A stretch of 29,428 bases of DNA from Balneolaceae bacterium. Its GTDB lineage: Bacteria > Bacteroidota > Rhodothermia > Balneolales > Balneolaceae. Position numbers and translations under genes: made by a program. The stretch spans positions 1 to 29,428 of the forward strand of contig SLKH01000225.1 of NCBI GenBank assembly GCA_007134665.1, written 5' to 3'. Shown one piece after another: positions 1 to 9,706 of this stretch (positions are counted from its first letter, which is position 1; each line of letters opens with the position of its first letter). Below the pieces are notes generated by a model that worked only from the letters and a program-made list of their open reading frames with translations, was not told where the DNA came from and searched no databases.

Positions 1-1788
1 GAAAAACTGGAAGCAGAGCGTCAACGTTTCGAGCTTGCAGTGGGAGCAGTAAGTGATGTGGTGTGGGATTACGATGCCGCAGCCGGTACGCTTTGGTGGA
101 GTGAAGGAATAGAAACTGTATTTGGCTATAATCGAGATGAGATTATGGGGGATACGACGTTTTGGGAAACCCATATCTATGAAGAAGACCGAATGAGCAC
201 AGTTCAGAGTATGAGAGGAGTTGAAGAGTCGGATGCTACAGAGTGGAACGCTTTTTATCGTTTTCTCGATGCGGAAGGGAATATTCGTGAAGTGGAGGAT
301 TCAGCAAGAATCATCCGGGATGAAAATGGGAACCCGGTCAGAATTATCGGTGCCATGCTGGATGTAACGGAACTAAAAAAATACCAGCGCGAACTCCTGA
401 AGGAGCGAACACGGTTTGAAATCATCGCCCAGTCGACGAATGACATAATCTATGACCTTGATCTTGAAAACAACAAAATTTGGGCCAATAATGAACTTTC
501 AACACTTATGGGATATGATCCTGAAAATTTTAAAGTACCGCTCCAGTGGTGGGAAGATCATATACATCCGGACGACAAAGGTGATGTTATTGAAAGCCAT
601 CGGAAATTTTTGGAATCAGGAGGGGACAGGTGGAAGAGTGAATACAGATTTATCGGAAAAAATCAGAAGGTAATCCATATTAAAGAAAATTCATTCGCTG
701 TCCGCGGGTATGACGGTACAGCTACAAGGCTTTTGGGTGCAATGATCGATGTAACTCATGAAAAAGATTCAGAAAGGATCTTGAGAGAATCTGAAGAGCA
801 GTACAGAAGGCTGTTCGAGCAAAATCCATACCCTATGCTGATTTTTGATCCGATCAGTGATAAAATTGTACAAGTGAACCGTGCAACTGTCAATACGTAT
901 GGATATTTCGTCGAGGAATTCAAAAAAATGACAATTTATGATTTTCATCCCCCTAATGGCAGGGAAGAAGTAAAACAGATCCTTTCGAAAGGGCGTGAAG
1001 GGCTACAATATTACAGCGAAGTAAATCATCAAACAAAAAGCGGTGAAAAGCTGGTTGTGAATATTACTGCCCTTGATATTCAATACAGGGGAGATGAACG
1101 AAGGCTGGTCGTCATTAACAATATCACAGAGCAAAAGAGAGCCGAAGAACAGATTATCGGGTCTGTGATAGAAGGAAGTGAAAATGAGCGCCGGCGAATT
1201 GCAAAGGAACTTCACGACGGCCTTGGGCAGTATCTGACCGCAGCAAGTTTGAATCTCGATTCTGTCTATGATGAGTTGAATGAACTGCCGGAGAATAAAA
1301 AGAATCAGTATGAGAAAGGTTTAAAACTGTTGAGAAATGCGATTGTTGAATCCAGGCGAATCTCCCAGAACCTTCTACCGAAAGCTATTGAAGATTTTGG
1401 GCTTAGTCTTGCCGTTCAATCCCTGATTGATGATATCGCAGATAGCAGTGAAATTTCCATTGCTTACAATGATAACCTGAATAATATTGACCTCGGAGAA
1501 AATGTAGAACTGAATATTTACAGGATCATCCAGGAAGGGATTAATAATGCAGTGAGGCATTCTGAATGCAGCAGGGTGGATATTCAATTGATTTTGGACG
1601 AAAATCAATTGATCTGTACTATTGAAGATAATGGAACAGGTTTTCAATTGGACCCGGGCGATGCTCAGGGCCTTGGGATTACCAATATCAGAAACCGGGT
1701 TAATGCTCTTTCGGGAGAAGTTGAAATTTCAAGCCGCATTGGCAAAGGAACATTAATTACTGTAATTGTACCTGTGAATGTTGTATAA
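1..1788 (+). CDS. PAS/PAC-domain sensor histidine kinase, HisKA_3 (NarX/DegS-like) type; 5'-truncated by the window edge
   Basis: Frame is open from base 1 (EKLEAERQRFELAVGAVSD...), so the listed start at 40 is internal. At least three PAS/PAC repeats; H-box ERRRIAKELHDGLGQYL; N-box IQEGINNAVRHS; G1 IEDNGTG; G2 GLGITNI. No TM segment in the visible part. Confidence 0.93.
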   Translation, partial: EKLEAERQRFELAVGAVSDVVWDYDAAAGTLWWSEGIETVFGYNRDEIMGDTTFWETHIYEEDRMSTVQSMRGVEESDATEWNAFYRFLDAEGNIREVEDSARIIRDENGNPVRIIGAMLDVTELKKYQRELLKERTRFEIIAQSTNDIIYDLDLENNKIWANNELSTLMGYDPENFKVPLQWWEDHIHPDDKGDVIESHRKFLESGGDRWKSEYRFIGKNQKVIHIKENSFAVRGYDGTATRLLGAMIDVTHEKDSERILRESEEQYRRLFEQNPYPMLIFDPISDKIVQVNRATVNTYGYFVEEFKKMTIYDFHPPNGREEVKQILSKGREGLQYYSEVNHQTKSGEKLVVNITALDIQYRGDERRLVVINNITEQKRAEEQIIGSVIEGSENERRRIAKELHDGLGQYLTAASLNLDSVYDELNELPENKKNQYEKGLKLLRNAIVESRRISQNLLPKAIEDFGLSLAVQSLIDDIADSSEISIAYNDNLNNIDLGENVELNIYRIIQEGINNAVRHSECSRVDIQLILDENQLICTIEDNGTGFQLDPGDAQGLGITNIRNRVNALSGEVEISSRIGKGTLITVIVPVNVV

Positions 1789-1827
1789 TTTAACAAATCA
1801 GATGACTAAAATTGAGATCGGTGAGAT

Positions 1828-2484
1828 ATGCCAAATATTAAGATGCTATTGGTCGACGACCATGAAATTGTAAGAGACGGACTAAAAACTCTTATTGAGT
1901 CGCAACACGGGATGGATATTGTTGGAGAAGCAGAAAACGGGGAACAAGCTTTGGAAATTTGTCAAAATCAGGATGTGGATCTGATCGTGATGGATGTAAA
2001 TATGCCTGAAATGGATGGAATTCAGGCGACGAAGGTGATCAAGGAGAAATTTCCGGATATAAAGATTCTTGCTTTGACCATGTCGGATAATGATGTCCAT
2101 ATCAGGAAGATGATCGAGTCAGGTGTATCGGGATATATACTGAAAAATGCCGGAAGGGATGAGCTGAGGAAAGCAATTGAGGCACTCATGAATGATCAGC
2201 ACTATTTCAGTGATACGGCTACACAAAGTGTGATGATGGAATTGGTTCGGAATAAAGGCAAGAGTAGTATGAGCGGTATGGTCCAAATCACTGATAGAGA
2301 GATGGAGGTTTTGGAATTAATTCTGAAAGAACACACAAACCAGGAAATTGCTGAAAAACTGTTTATCAGTGTTCGCACTGTAGATGCACACCGAAGAAAC
2401 CTGCTACAAAAAACAGGTGCAAGAAATACAGCCGGACTCGTAAGGTATGCCCTTGAAAATAACCTTTTCGGAAAAGACTCCTAA
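1828..2484 (+). CDS. NarL/FixJ-family response regulator (REC + LuxR-type HTH)
   Basis: LLVDDH acidic pocket, LIVMDVNMP phospho-Asp, ALT, GYILK; C-terminal ITDREMEVLELI...NQEIAEKLFISVRTVDAHRRNLLQK. Lies 39 bp after the kinase. Confidence 0.96.
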   Translation: MPNIKMLLVDDHEIVRDGLKTLIESQHGMDIVGEAENGEQALEICQNQDVDLIVMDVNMPEMDGIQATKVIKEKFPDIKILALTMSDNDVHIRKMIESGVSGYILKNAGRDELRKAIEALMNDQHYFSDTATQSVMMELVRNKGKSSMSGMVQITDREMEVLELILKEHTNQEIAEKLFISVRTVDAHRRNLLQKTGARNTAGLVRYALENNLFGKDS

Positions 2485-2590
2485 AATATGTAGGCTCTTA
2501 TACTTACAATCGGGCGTTCACATTTAGGCTTTAATGCATATATACTAATTCACTTTGCTGTTGTAGATTGAAGCCTATAACGGCTGGAGA

Positions 2591-2983
2591 ATGAACGTAC
2601 AAATCACAGGTGGTCAATCCGATCGCCTTGAAATACTCGGACAGCTTCTTGATGATAATGATGAATGGAATGTAAAACTGGTTCATCTTGAGGATTTCTG
2701 TGAGGATAAGTTGGTGACAAAATTTGGCAATTCCGATGTAATTATTGCTGATCTTGCATATGTCAACGGACCCGCACCAAATTTTATCAGAAAAATGAAG
2801 ACTCTGTTTCCGGATTCAAAACTGATTGGATTGCACTTCTACAGAAATCCAAAGCTTATCTCACCCCTGATCGAAGCAGGCCTGGAAGGGTATGTCCACT
2901 CAAATGCTCGAAAAACGATATTGTTTAACGCGATTGAAGATATTTCTAATGGCAAACAATTTATTCTTGAGCGTAAATATTGA
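2591..2983 (+). CDS. Stand-alone atypical (pseudo-)receiver domain protein
   Basis: Aligns by eye to the receiver of the upstream NarL protein (DVIIADL; KLIGLH; EAGLEGYV..NA...LFNAIEDI). Acidic pocket, Thr/Ser and Lys are substituted and there is no HTH. Confidence 0.8.
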   Translation: MNVQITGGQSDRLEILGQLLDDNDEWNVKLVHLEDFCEDKLVTKFGNSDVIIADLAYVNGPAPNFIRKMKTLFPDSKLIGLHFYRNPKLISPLIEAGLEGYVHSNARKTILFNAIEDISNGKQFILERKY

Positions 2984-3180
2984 TTGATATTTGATACGGA
3001 AAAGTGCCTATATCAAATTTAGGTCATTCACGTCTTTTTTGTTGTACAAAGAGTTTGGATCATTCTACAAGAAACAGTAACTGTTATATGGTCAGAGTCG
3101 GTATGTGATTACTGACATAAGTTTATGATTAATAATGACTGTTGAAACCACAGAAAATTGATATAGGAGTCACGTTTTAA

Positions 3181-5757
3181 ATGGAAGTTTCGGAAGTTGA
3201 AAGAAACCTGATTGATGCATACCCGGCTTACGTAGCGATCATTGACCGGGATGGCGAAATTATGAGAGTCAATCAGGCGTGGAGAAAGATCTTAAATGAC
3301 TCAAACGAAATTTTTGGATCACACTGTTGTTTTGATAATTATTTTAACTACCTGGCCATTGCAGCAGAATCGGGATATGACTATGCACTAAAGATCATTC
3401 TCGGAATGCGCCAGGTTATCGAAGGAGATGACGATTTCAATTTAACCTATCCGGTATCCAGGACAGAAGGGAAGAGCTGGTACAAATTCACGATCAGGCC
3501 GGTAAATGATAACCGAAATACGTTTCTGATCATACATGAAGATGTTACAAAATTGATAGAAGCAACCCAGGCAATGAGGGAGTCGGAGGAAAAATACCGG
3601 CAGCAGTTCCTTGAGTCGAGTATGTCTATTATCATCGGTACACCTGACGGAAAGATTCTGGATGGTAATCCTGCAAGCCTGGGACTTCTTGGCTATACAT
3701 ATGATGAGCTGGTACAGCTTCACCGGAATGATGTACTCGATATCACAAATCCGCTGGCACATGAAGCATTAAGTAAGCGATCCAAAACAGGGAAGTTTAA
3801 TGGCGAGCTGGACATTATTGACAAAAATAACCGCCGAATTCCGGTTGAGTTGACTTCAAAAATTTATCGAAATGAAAACGGTGATTTAAGGTCACTGACC
3901 ATGTTCAAAGATATTTCATCACGTAAAGTGGCAGAAGAGAGGCTTAATACTGAAAAGCGATTTACGGAGACTGTACTGGATAGTCTGCCGGGTTTGTTTG
4001 TGTTGCTGGATGAAGACTTTCAATTGATACGTTTCAATAAAGGGTTTACAAATGAACTCGGGTATAATGAACCTGAAGACAGGACGAAAAATATATTTGA
4101 TATCATTAAAAAATCGGATCATGAGGTAATTCTAAAAGCCCTGAAAAAAGTAAAAAAATATGGAAATGGAGAAGAAAAGGCAGTTCTGCTGGATAAAAGT
4201 GGAAGTGAACGGATATATAAGTTCAGGGCAAAACGCTTTGAGAGTAAAGACACCTTGTATATAGCAGCTACCGGAATTGATATCACAGAAAATGTAAAAA
4301 ACGAACGGGAGAAAGAGTTTACGTTTGAACTGATGGTTCAACTATTTAATAATTCACCGATTGGGATTGTACTCTCCGATATCGACAATAAAGCAGACCG
4401 CATCAATAAGAAATTCACAGAAATGTTCGGTATGAAAGAGTCGGAAATTCTTGGAAAGCGTGTTGATGAAATTCTGGCTCCAGGTCACCTTAAAGAAGAA
4501 GCTGATGAGATTAACCGCCTGGTATTTGCAGGAGAAGCGATCCGAAAAGAAACAGTCAGAGTGCACAGCGATGGTAGTGATATTCCGGTATTAATGGGTT
4601 CGGTACCTGTAAAATTAAATGGTGAAGTCGTAGCTGCGTATGGTATTTACATCGATATCAGTGAACGTATTGAACTTGAAAACCAGATTAACAGGCTATT
4701 TGTTAAAGAGAAGAAAGCCCGCAAAGAGGTAGAAAAGTCGAAAATCAAACTTGAAGAGATGTTTGCTCAGTCGCCGACAGCCATTGCATTGCTTGAAGGG
4801 CATGAGTTTAGATTTACGATGGCCAATTCAGCATATTTTAATCTGATTGGAGGCAGGGAGTTAATCGGTAACAGATTTTCTGAAAGCCTCCCGGAATTGG
4901 CAGATCAAAGAATTATTAAGATTCTGAATAATGTATTTCATTCAGGAAAGCCTTATATCGCAAAAGAAGAAAGTATTCATATTCTTGATGAACAAGGTGA
5001 GATAAGTGAACATTTCCTGAATTATACCTGTAAACCACTGTTTGATGAAAATAGTAATGTTTATGGAATCTTTATTGAGGCTGTTAATGTAACCGAATTG
5101 GTAAATTCAAGGAATAAAATTCAAAATTCTCTGAAAGAAAAAGAAATTCTTTTACAGGAAGTTCATCACAGGGTAAAGAATAATTTGGCGGTAATTACAG
5201 GTTTGATGGATCTGCAAATGATGGATATGCAGGATGATAACCTGAATCCAAAATTAAAGGAAGTACAGAGCCGAATATTTTCAATTGCACAGATACATGA
5301 GGCAATCTATCAGCAGGAGGATGTAATGCGCGTTAAATTTGATGAGTACCTGGAGAATATGATTGTTTCGTGGAAGCAGGACAGTGACAGGGAGTCTGTT
5401 GAACTGAACCTTGAATCCGATAATGTGAATCTGAACCTGAACCAGGCTGTATCGTGTGGCTTGCTGACCAATGAACTAATGAACCTGGTGGATTTATCCT
5501 TTAGCGGGGAATCAAGTAAAGTAAATATCACCCTCAGAGAAGCATCGGGCCAGGTTGAAATTGGTGTGGAAAACAGAAAGTTTGGAATCTCCGACAGGCA
5601 GGAAATAGAACGGGCAGAAAAGTTCAACCTGAAGATCATTCAGGTATTATTAAACCAGCTCTCGGCATCATATCATTTTGAGAATGGTGACACGAAAAAA
5701 CTGGTGATTCGATTCAAAAAAGCTGATGTTAAGGGCTCCAGCAGCTCATTTATCTAA
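3181..5757 (+). CDS. Multi-PAS sensor protein with HisKA_2-type H-box and degenerate HATPase domain (probable pseudokinase)
   Basis: About five PAS-like segments; H-box LLQEVHHRVKNNL. N, G1 and G2 boxes are replaced by NELMNLVDLSF, ENRKFG and KFNL. Confidence 0.88.
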   Translation: MEVSEVERNLIDAYPAYVAIIDRDGEIMRVNQAWRKILNDSNEIFGSHCCFDNYFNYLAIAAESGYDYALKIILGMRQVIEGDDDFNLTYPVSRTEGKSWYKFTIRPVNDNRNTFLIIHEDVTKLIEATQAMRESEEKYRQQFLESSMSIIIGTPDGKILDGNPASLGLLGYTYDELVQLHRNDVLDITNPLAHEALSKRSKTGKFNGELDIIDKNNRRIPVELTSKIYRNENGDLRSLTMFKDISSRKVAEERLNTEKRFTETVLDSLPGLFVLLDEDFQLIRFNKGFTNELGYNEPEDRTKNIFDIIKKSDHEVILKALKKVKKYGNGEEKAVLLDKSGSERIYKFRAKRFESKDTLYIAATGIDITENVKNEREKEFTFELMVQLFNNSPIGIVLSDIDNKADRINKKFTEMFGMKESEILGKRVDEILAPGHLKEEADEINRLVFAGEAIRKETVRVHSDGSDIPVLMGSVPVKLNGEVVAAYGIYIDISERIELENQINRLFVKEKKARKEVEKSKIKLEEMFAQSPTAIALLEGHEFRFTMANSAYFNLIGGRELIGNRFSESLPELADQRIIKILNNVFHSGKPYIAKEESIHILDEQGEISEHFLNYTCKPLFDENSNVYGIFIEAVNVTELVNSRNKIQNSLKEKEILLQEVHHRVKNNLAVITGLMDLQMMDMQDDNLNPKLKEVQSRIFSIAQIHEAIYQQEDVMRVKFDEYLENMIVSWKQDSDRESVELNLESDNVNLNLNQAVSCGLLTNELMNLVDLSFSGESSKVNITLREASGQVEIGVENRKFGISDRQEIERAEKFNLKIIQVLLNQLSASYHFENGDTKKLVIRFKKADVKGSSSSFI

Positions 5758-5786
5758 TTAATCATCTATTATACACGGAATGAAAA

Positions 5787-6179
5787 ATGGGAAATGCTAA
5801 TAATAACTATCCTGACAAAAATGTCCTGATCATGGAAGATGACCTGCTTTTAACTCTCAGCCTGGAGCTTATGTTGAAAAAAGCGGGAATTCAAAATATG
5901 GTGCGTGCTGAAACTGGTGAGGAAGCAATCGATAAAGTAAAATCAGAAAATATCGATTTGATAATCGCTGATATTTACCTTGGTGAAGGCATATCGGGTA
6001 CAGAAGCCATTATGAAGATCCAACAGGAAAAAAAAATTCCTGTTATTTATATCACTGGAAATTCAGATCTTCAAAATCGGGATCTCGCGAAAAAAACCAA
6101 TTATGTGGAGTACCTGGTAAAACCGATTTCAAATGAGGTATTTAAAAAAACGTTAGCTAAGGTCTGGGCTGACTCATAG
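5787..6179 (+). CDS. Single-domain CheY-like response regulator
   Basis: VLIMEDD, LIIADIYL, IYITG, YLVKP: all canonical receiver residues present. No output domain. Confidence 0.93.
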   Translation: MGNANNNYPDKNVLIMEDDLLLTLSLELMLKKAGIQNMVRAETGEEAIDKVKSENIDLIIADIYLGEGISGTEAIMKIQQEKKIPVIYITGNSDLQNRDLAKKTNYVEYLVKPISNEVFKKTLAKVWADS

Positions 6180-6430
6180 TTATCAATCATATCTGAAAAT
6201 CGTAAAATACCAGAAGTGGAACAAATGGTGAGAAAAGCGGTGGAATAGAATTAGATATTGCAGAACTTTATTAAAATTCTTCATTCATGTAGACAGTGCG
6301 CAAGAAATGGGAACCATATTCAACAGATGAATTTTCTGTGAAACAACTGGAACTGAAATGATCAACTGAATTTGTGCCTTGAGATTAAAAATCGAGTCAA
6401 AAGTAAAATCAAAAGAAAAGACAGACGACC

Positions 6431-6991
6431 ATGTATAGACAAACTACCACCAGTTTTTTACTGACCGCAGCAATTTTAATTGCATTAACGTTTATCCCGG
6501 CTGAGAAAGCTGAAGCTCAGTGGGGCGTGGGTGCCTCGTACGAATTACGTGATACAGAACCTACTAATGGTTTTGGATTACGTGTTCAAAGGGATATCCT
6601 CGGTACTGTACCAATGTTTGATCTTGGAATCCGGGCACACTTCAGTTATTTCAGCGAAACAGTACAATCGTACCGGGATGTACAGGTTCCTCATGAACTG
6701 GACAGCTATGATTTTGGCCTGGCTGGATTAGGTGGAATTAACCTCGGATTAATCAAACCGTATGCAGGTGCAGGGCTTGGAAGTGAAAGTTTTGAGGCAG
6801 TATCACAGCAAGAAAACTTTGACTTCAGTGATAACAGTATCTACTGGAATATATTTGTCGGTGCGGAAGTGTCACCAATTCCGGTACTGAAGCCATTTAT
6901 TGAATACCGTTTTACAAGGTTATTCAGTGATGATGGTTTTGATCACAGGCAAAACGGGAGGCTTGCAATAGGGATTACACTCGAATTTTAA
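6431..6991 (+). CDS. Outer-membrane beta-barrel protein (small OmpA/OmpW-like barrel)
   Basis: Sec signal ending AEA|Q; alternating aromatic/Gly strands (WGVGASY, PYAGAGLG, FVGAE, PFIEYRF); C-terminal Phe (GITLEF). Confidence 0.85.
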   Translation: MYRQTTTSFLLTAAILIALTFIPAEKAEAQWGVGASYELRDTEPTNGFGLRVQRDILGTVPMFDLGIRAHFSYFSETVQSYRDVQVPHELDSYDFGLAGLGGINLGLIKPYAGAGLGSESFEAVSQQENFDFSDNSIYWNIFVGAEVSPIPVLKPFIEYRFTRLFSDDGFDHRQNGRLAIGITLEF

Positions 6992-7032
6992 TACAGACTT
7001 TGAGCAGTATTACTTTGGACGTATTTTAAAAG

Positions 7033-7063
7033 GCGGTTGATGAGAGTCAGCCGCTTTTTTTTT
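7033..7063 (+). terminator. Rho-independent terminator after the beta-barrel gene
   Basis: Stem GCGGTTGA/TCAGCCGC (one G-U pair), 6-nt loop, followed by T9. Confidence 0.85.
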
Positions 7064-7246
7064 GGAGGATCTTTGATTCAGAGTATCTTTAAGGATTGCT
7101 TAAATTTCGGTAACCAAATGTTTTCCGGTTGAATGCGTTTAAATATTGTGGAAATCAATAGATCAATCTAACAGGTTGCGGGAATGATGTGTCCTGCTGG
7201 CCTGGAACGGTAACACGATAGTAAGTAGTTGACTTTTTTGTAATTA

Positions 7247-9496
7247 ATGGCAAAAGTAGAAAATCATATTATTGAACGGTTTGAGACTCAGGGGTTAGGT
7301 TCTGTTCAAAAGGATGATCTGAGCCAGCTTTTGAAAATCTGCCATGATAACCTGGATCATGTTGATGACGAATTAATCAGTCGTGCATTCAGGTTATGTT
7401 ATATATCCCATGAGGGAGAAAACCGGGCTTCCGGTGAACCGTTCTATTTGCATCCGCTTGAAGTTGCCAAAATCGTGGCAAGCGATCTTGCAATTGATGA
7501 TGAATCCGTCGCTGCAGCGTTACTTCATGATACAGTCGAAGATACATCTGTTACCCTCAATGACATCCAAAATCTGTTTGGTGAAATTGTAGCCCATATC
7601 ATTGACGGTGTGACTAAAATTGCCGGTGTATTTGAAAGCAGAGATACAAAACAGGCAGAAACTTTTATGAAAATGCTTCTGTCTATGGCAGAAGATATAA
7701 GGGTTGTTTTGATAAAGTTTGCTGACAGGCTTCACAATATGAGAACGATTCATCATCTCCCCCGTGAAAAACAATTAAAGATTGCCACAGAGACGATGGA
7801 GTTGTATGCTCCTCTTGCACATCGTTTTGGGTTATTTAAAGTAAAAAATGAATTTGAAGATCTCTGCTTTAAAGTGATGGACCCTAATTCCTACAAGTTT
7901 ATCGCCCGTAAACTGAGGGAGAAGAAAGAATCACGGGAGTCGTTTATCAGGGAGTTTATGCAGCCGATTAAAAAAGAGTTATCGGAGCAGAATTTTAAAT
8001 TTGAGATTAAGGGAAGGCCGAAGCATATCTATTCGATATTTAAAAAAATGCAGCGCCAGCAAAAACCGTTTGAGGAAATTTATGATCTGTTTGCAATTCG
8101 GGTCATCCTGGAAGAACCTCACAAGAAGGAAGACTGCTGGAGAGTTTATTCGATTATTACCGATTGGTATACACCAATCCCTCAACGTTTCAGGGATTTT
8201 ATTTCCGTGCCCAAGGCGAACGGTTATCAGTCGCTACATACCACTGTAATTACTCAGAAAGGCCGGAAAGTTGAAGTCCAGATTCGAACCAGGAGAATGG
8301 ATGTCATTGCTGAAAAAGGACTTGCCGCACACTGGAAGTATAAGGAAGGATCCGATGGAACCAATCCACTTGACAAATTCATTCACTGGGTACGGGATGT
8401 ACTGGACAATCCCCGTCCGGATGCAGCAACAGAATTTGTAAAGGATTTTCAGTTAAACCTGTACCAGGATGAAATCTATGTTTTTACACCTGATGGTGAA
8501 TTAAAAACCCTTCCCCAGGGGGCATCCTGTATCGATTTCGCTTTTGAGATTCATAGTGAGATCGGTGAAAGGGCCATGGCAGCCAAGGTGAATGGAAAAA
8601 TGGTTCCACTGCGTCAGAAACTGGAAGTTGGCGATCAGGTGGAAATCATAACCGGTAATAAAATAAATCTGAATCCGGATTGGATTAACGATGTTGTAAC
8701 CCATAAAGCGAAATCACGGGTTCGCCAGTTTATTAAGAAAAAAGAGCGAGAGGTCGCAGATGAAGGCCGGGAAATTTGGCAGAAAAGAGCCAGCCGTGGT
8801 AAAGTGAAAATCTCTGAACAGGAACTGACACGTGTTGCTCATAAACTTAACTTTGATTCAGCACAGGAACTTTTTTACAAAATCGGTTCCGGTGCATTTG
8901 ATGTAAATGATCTTTTTAAAGCAGTTCAGCAGATCAAGAGTATGGGGCGGTTTGAAGGGGATCAAAAAGAAGAAAGAAATGAAAAGCTCACTGAAGATGA
9001 ACTGCAGCAGAAATTTATTTCTACAGCACGGTCCGGGAGTGATACCGGTAAAGACCTGTTGATTAATGGAGAAGTATCAAATGTTAAATATACTTATGCC
9101 AACTGTTGTAACCCCATACCTGGCGATGAAGTAATCGGCTTTATCAGCCGGAATGGTGACGTGAAAATACATCGGTCTAACTGTAAAAATGCCCACCATT
9201 TAATTCAGACCGACAGTGAAAGAATTATCGATGTTAAATGGGCAAGAACTATTGGCCAGCAGTTTTTTGGTGCAATTAAGGTTATTGGCGAAGACAGGGT
9301 GGGACTCGTAAACGATTTAACAGATGTATTATCGAAATCCATGAAAACGAACATGAAGAGCATTAACGTCAGCAGCGACAGCGGAATGTTCGAAGGTATT
9401 TTAACAGTTTATGTAAATGACCTTGATCACCTCGAGAAAATCATTGATAGGATAAAAAAAGTCCCCGGCATCAAAAATGTAATGCGATATGAGTAG
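7247..9496 (+). CDS. rel: Long bifunctional (p)ppGpp synthetase/hydrolase (Rel/SpoT)
   Basis: Hydrolase motifs RASGEPFYLHP, LLHDTVED, KFADRLHNMRT. Synthetase motifs GRPKHIYSI, DLFAIR, RFRD (RxKD-like bifunctional motif), YQSLHT, EVQIRT. Also TGS (YVFTPDGE), CCNPIPGD zinc finger and C-terminal ACT. Confidence 0.97.
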   Translation: MAKVENHIIERFETQGLGSVQKDDLSQLLKICHDNLDHVDDELISRAFRLCYISHEGENRASGEPFYLHPLEVAKIVASDLAIDDESVAAALLHDTVEDTSVTLNDIQNLFGEIVAHIIDGVTKIAGVFESRDTKQAETFMKMLLSMAEDIRVVLIKFADRLHNMRTIHHLPREKQLKIATETMELYAPLAHRFGLFKVKNEFEDLCFKVMDPNSYKFIARKLREKKESRESFIREFMQPIKKELSEQNFKFEIKGRPKHIYSIFKKMQRQQKPFEEIYDLFAIRVILEEPHKKEDCWRVYSIITDWYTPIPQRFRDFISVPKANGYQSLHTTVITQKGRKVEVQIRTRRMDVIAEKGLAAHWKYKEGSDGTNPLDKFIHWVRDVLDNPRPDAATEFVKDFQLNLYQDEIYVFTPDGELKTLPQGASCIDFAFEIHSEIGERAMAAKVNGKMVPLRQKLEVGDQVEIITGNKINLNPDWINDVVTHKAKSRVRQFIKKKEREVADEGREIWQKRASRGKVKISEQELTRVAHKLNFDSAQELFYKIGSGAFDVNDLFKAVQQIKSMGRFEGDQKEERNEKLTEDELQQKFISTARSGSDTGKDLLINGEVSNVKYTYANCCNPIPGDEVIGFISRNGDVKIHRSNCKNAHHLIQTDSERIIDVKWARTIGQQFFGAIKVIGEDRVGLVNDLTDVLSKSMKTNMKSINVSSDSGMFEGILTVYVNDLDHLEKIIDRIKKVPGIKNVMRYE

Positions 9497-9706
9497 TGTA
9501 ACCGCCGGGTTTTATGGCGTAAGAACCTGATTTAACCCCGGCTCATCAGCCATAATAAATATTGACTACAAATTCAATAAAAACAATAATTTTCACTTTT
9601 ATCTATTTTTTATAAAATTTTATTTCTATAAGCACTATATTATCAGCGCTTCATCAGAGGCGTTAAGAAATATGTAAATACTTAAAAAACAGTTAGTAAA
9701 GTAAAT

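Noticed and set aside
9504-9542. Imperfect inverted repeat GCCGGGTT...AACCCCGGC after rel
   Set aside because: No U-tract and only one copy in the window, so it cannot be called a terminator or a REP element.
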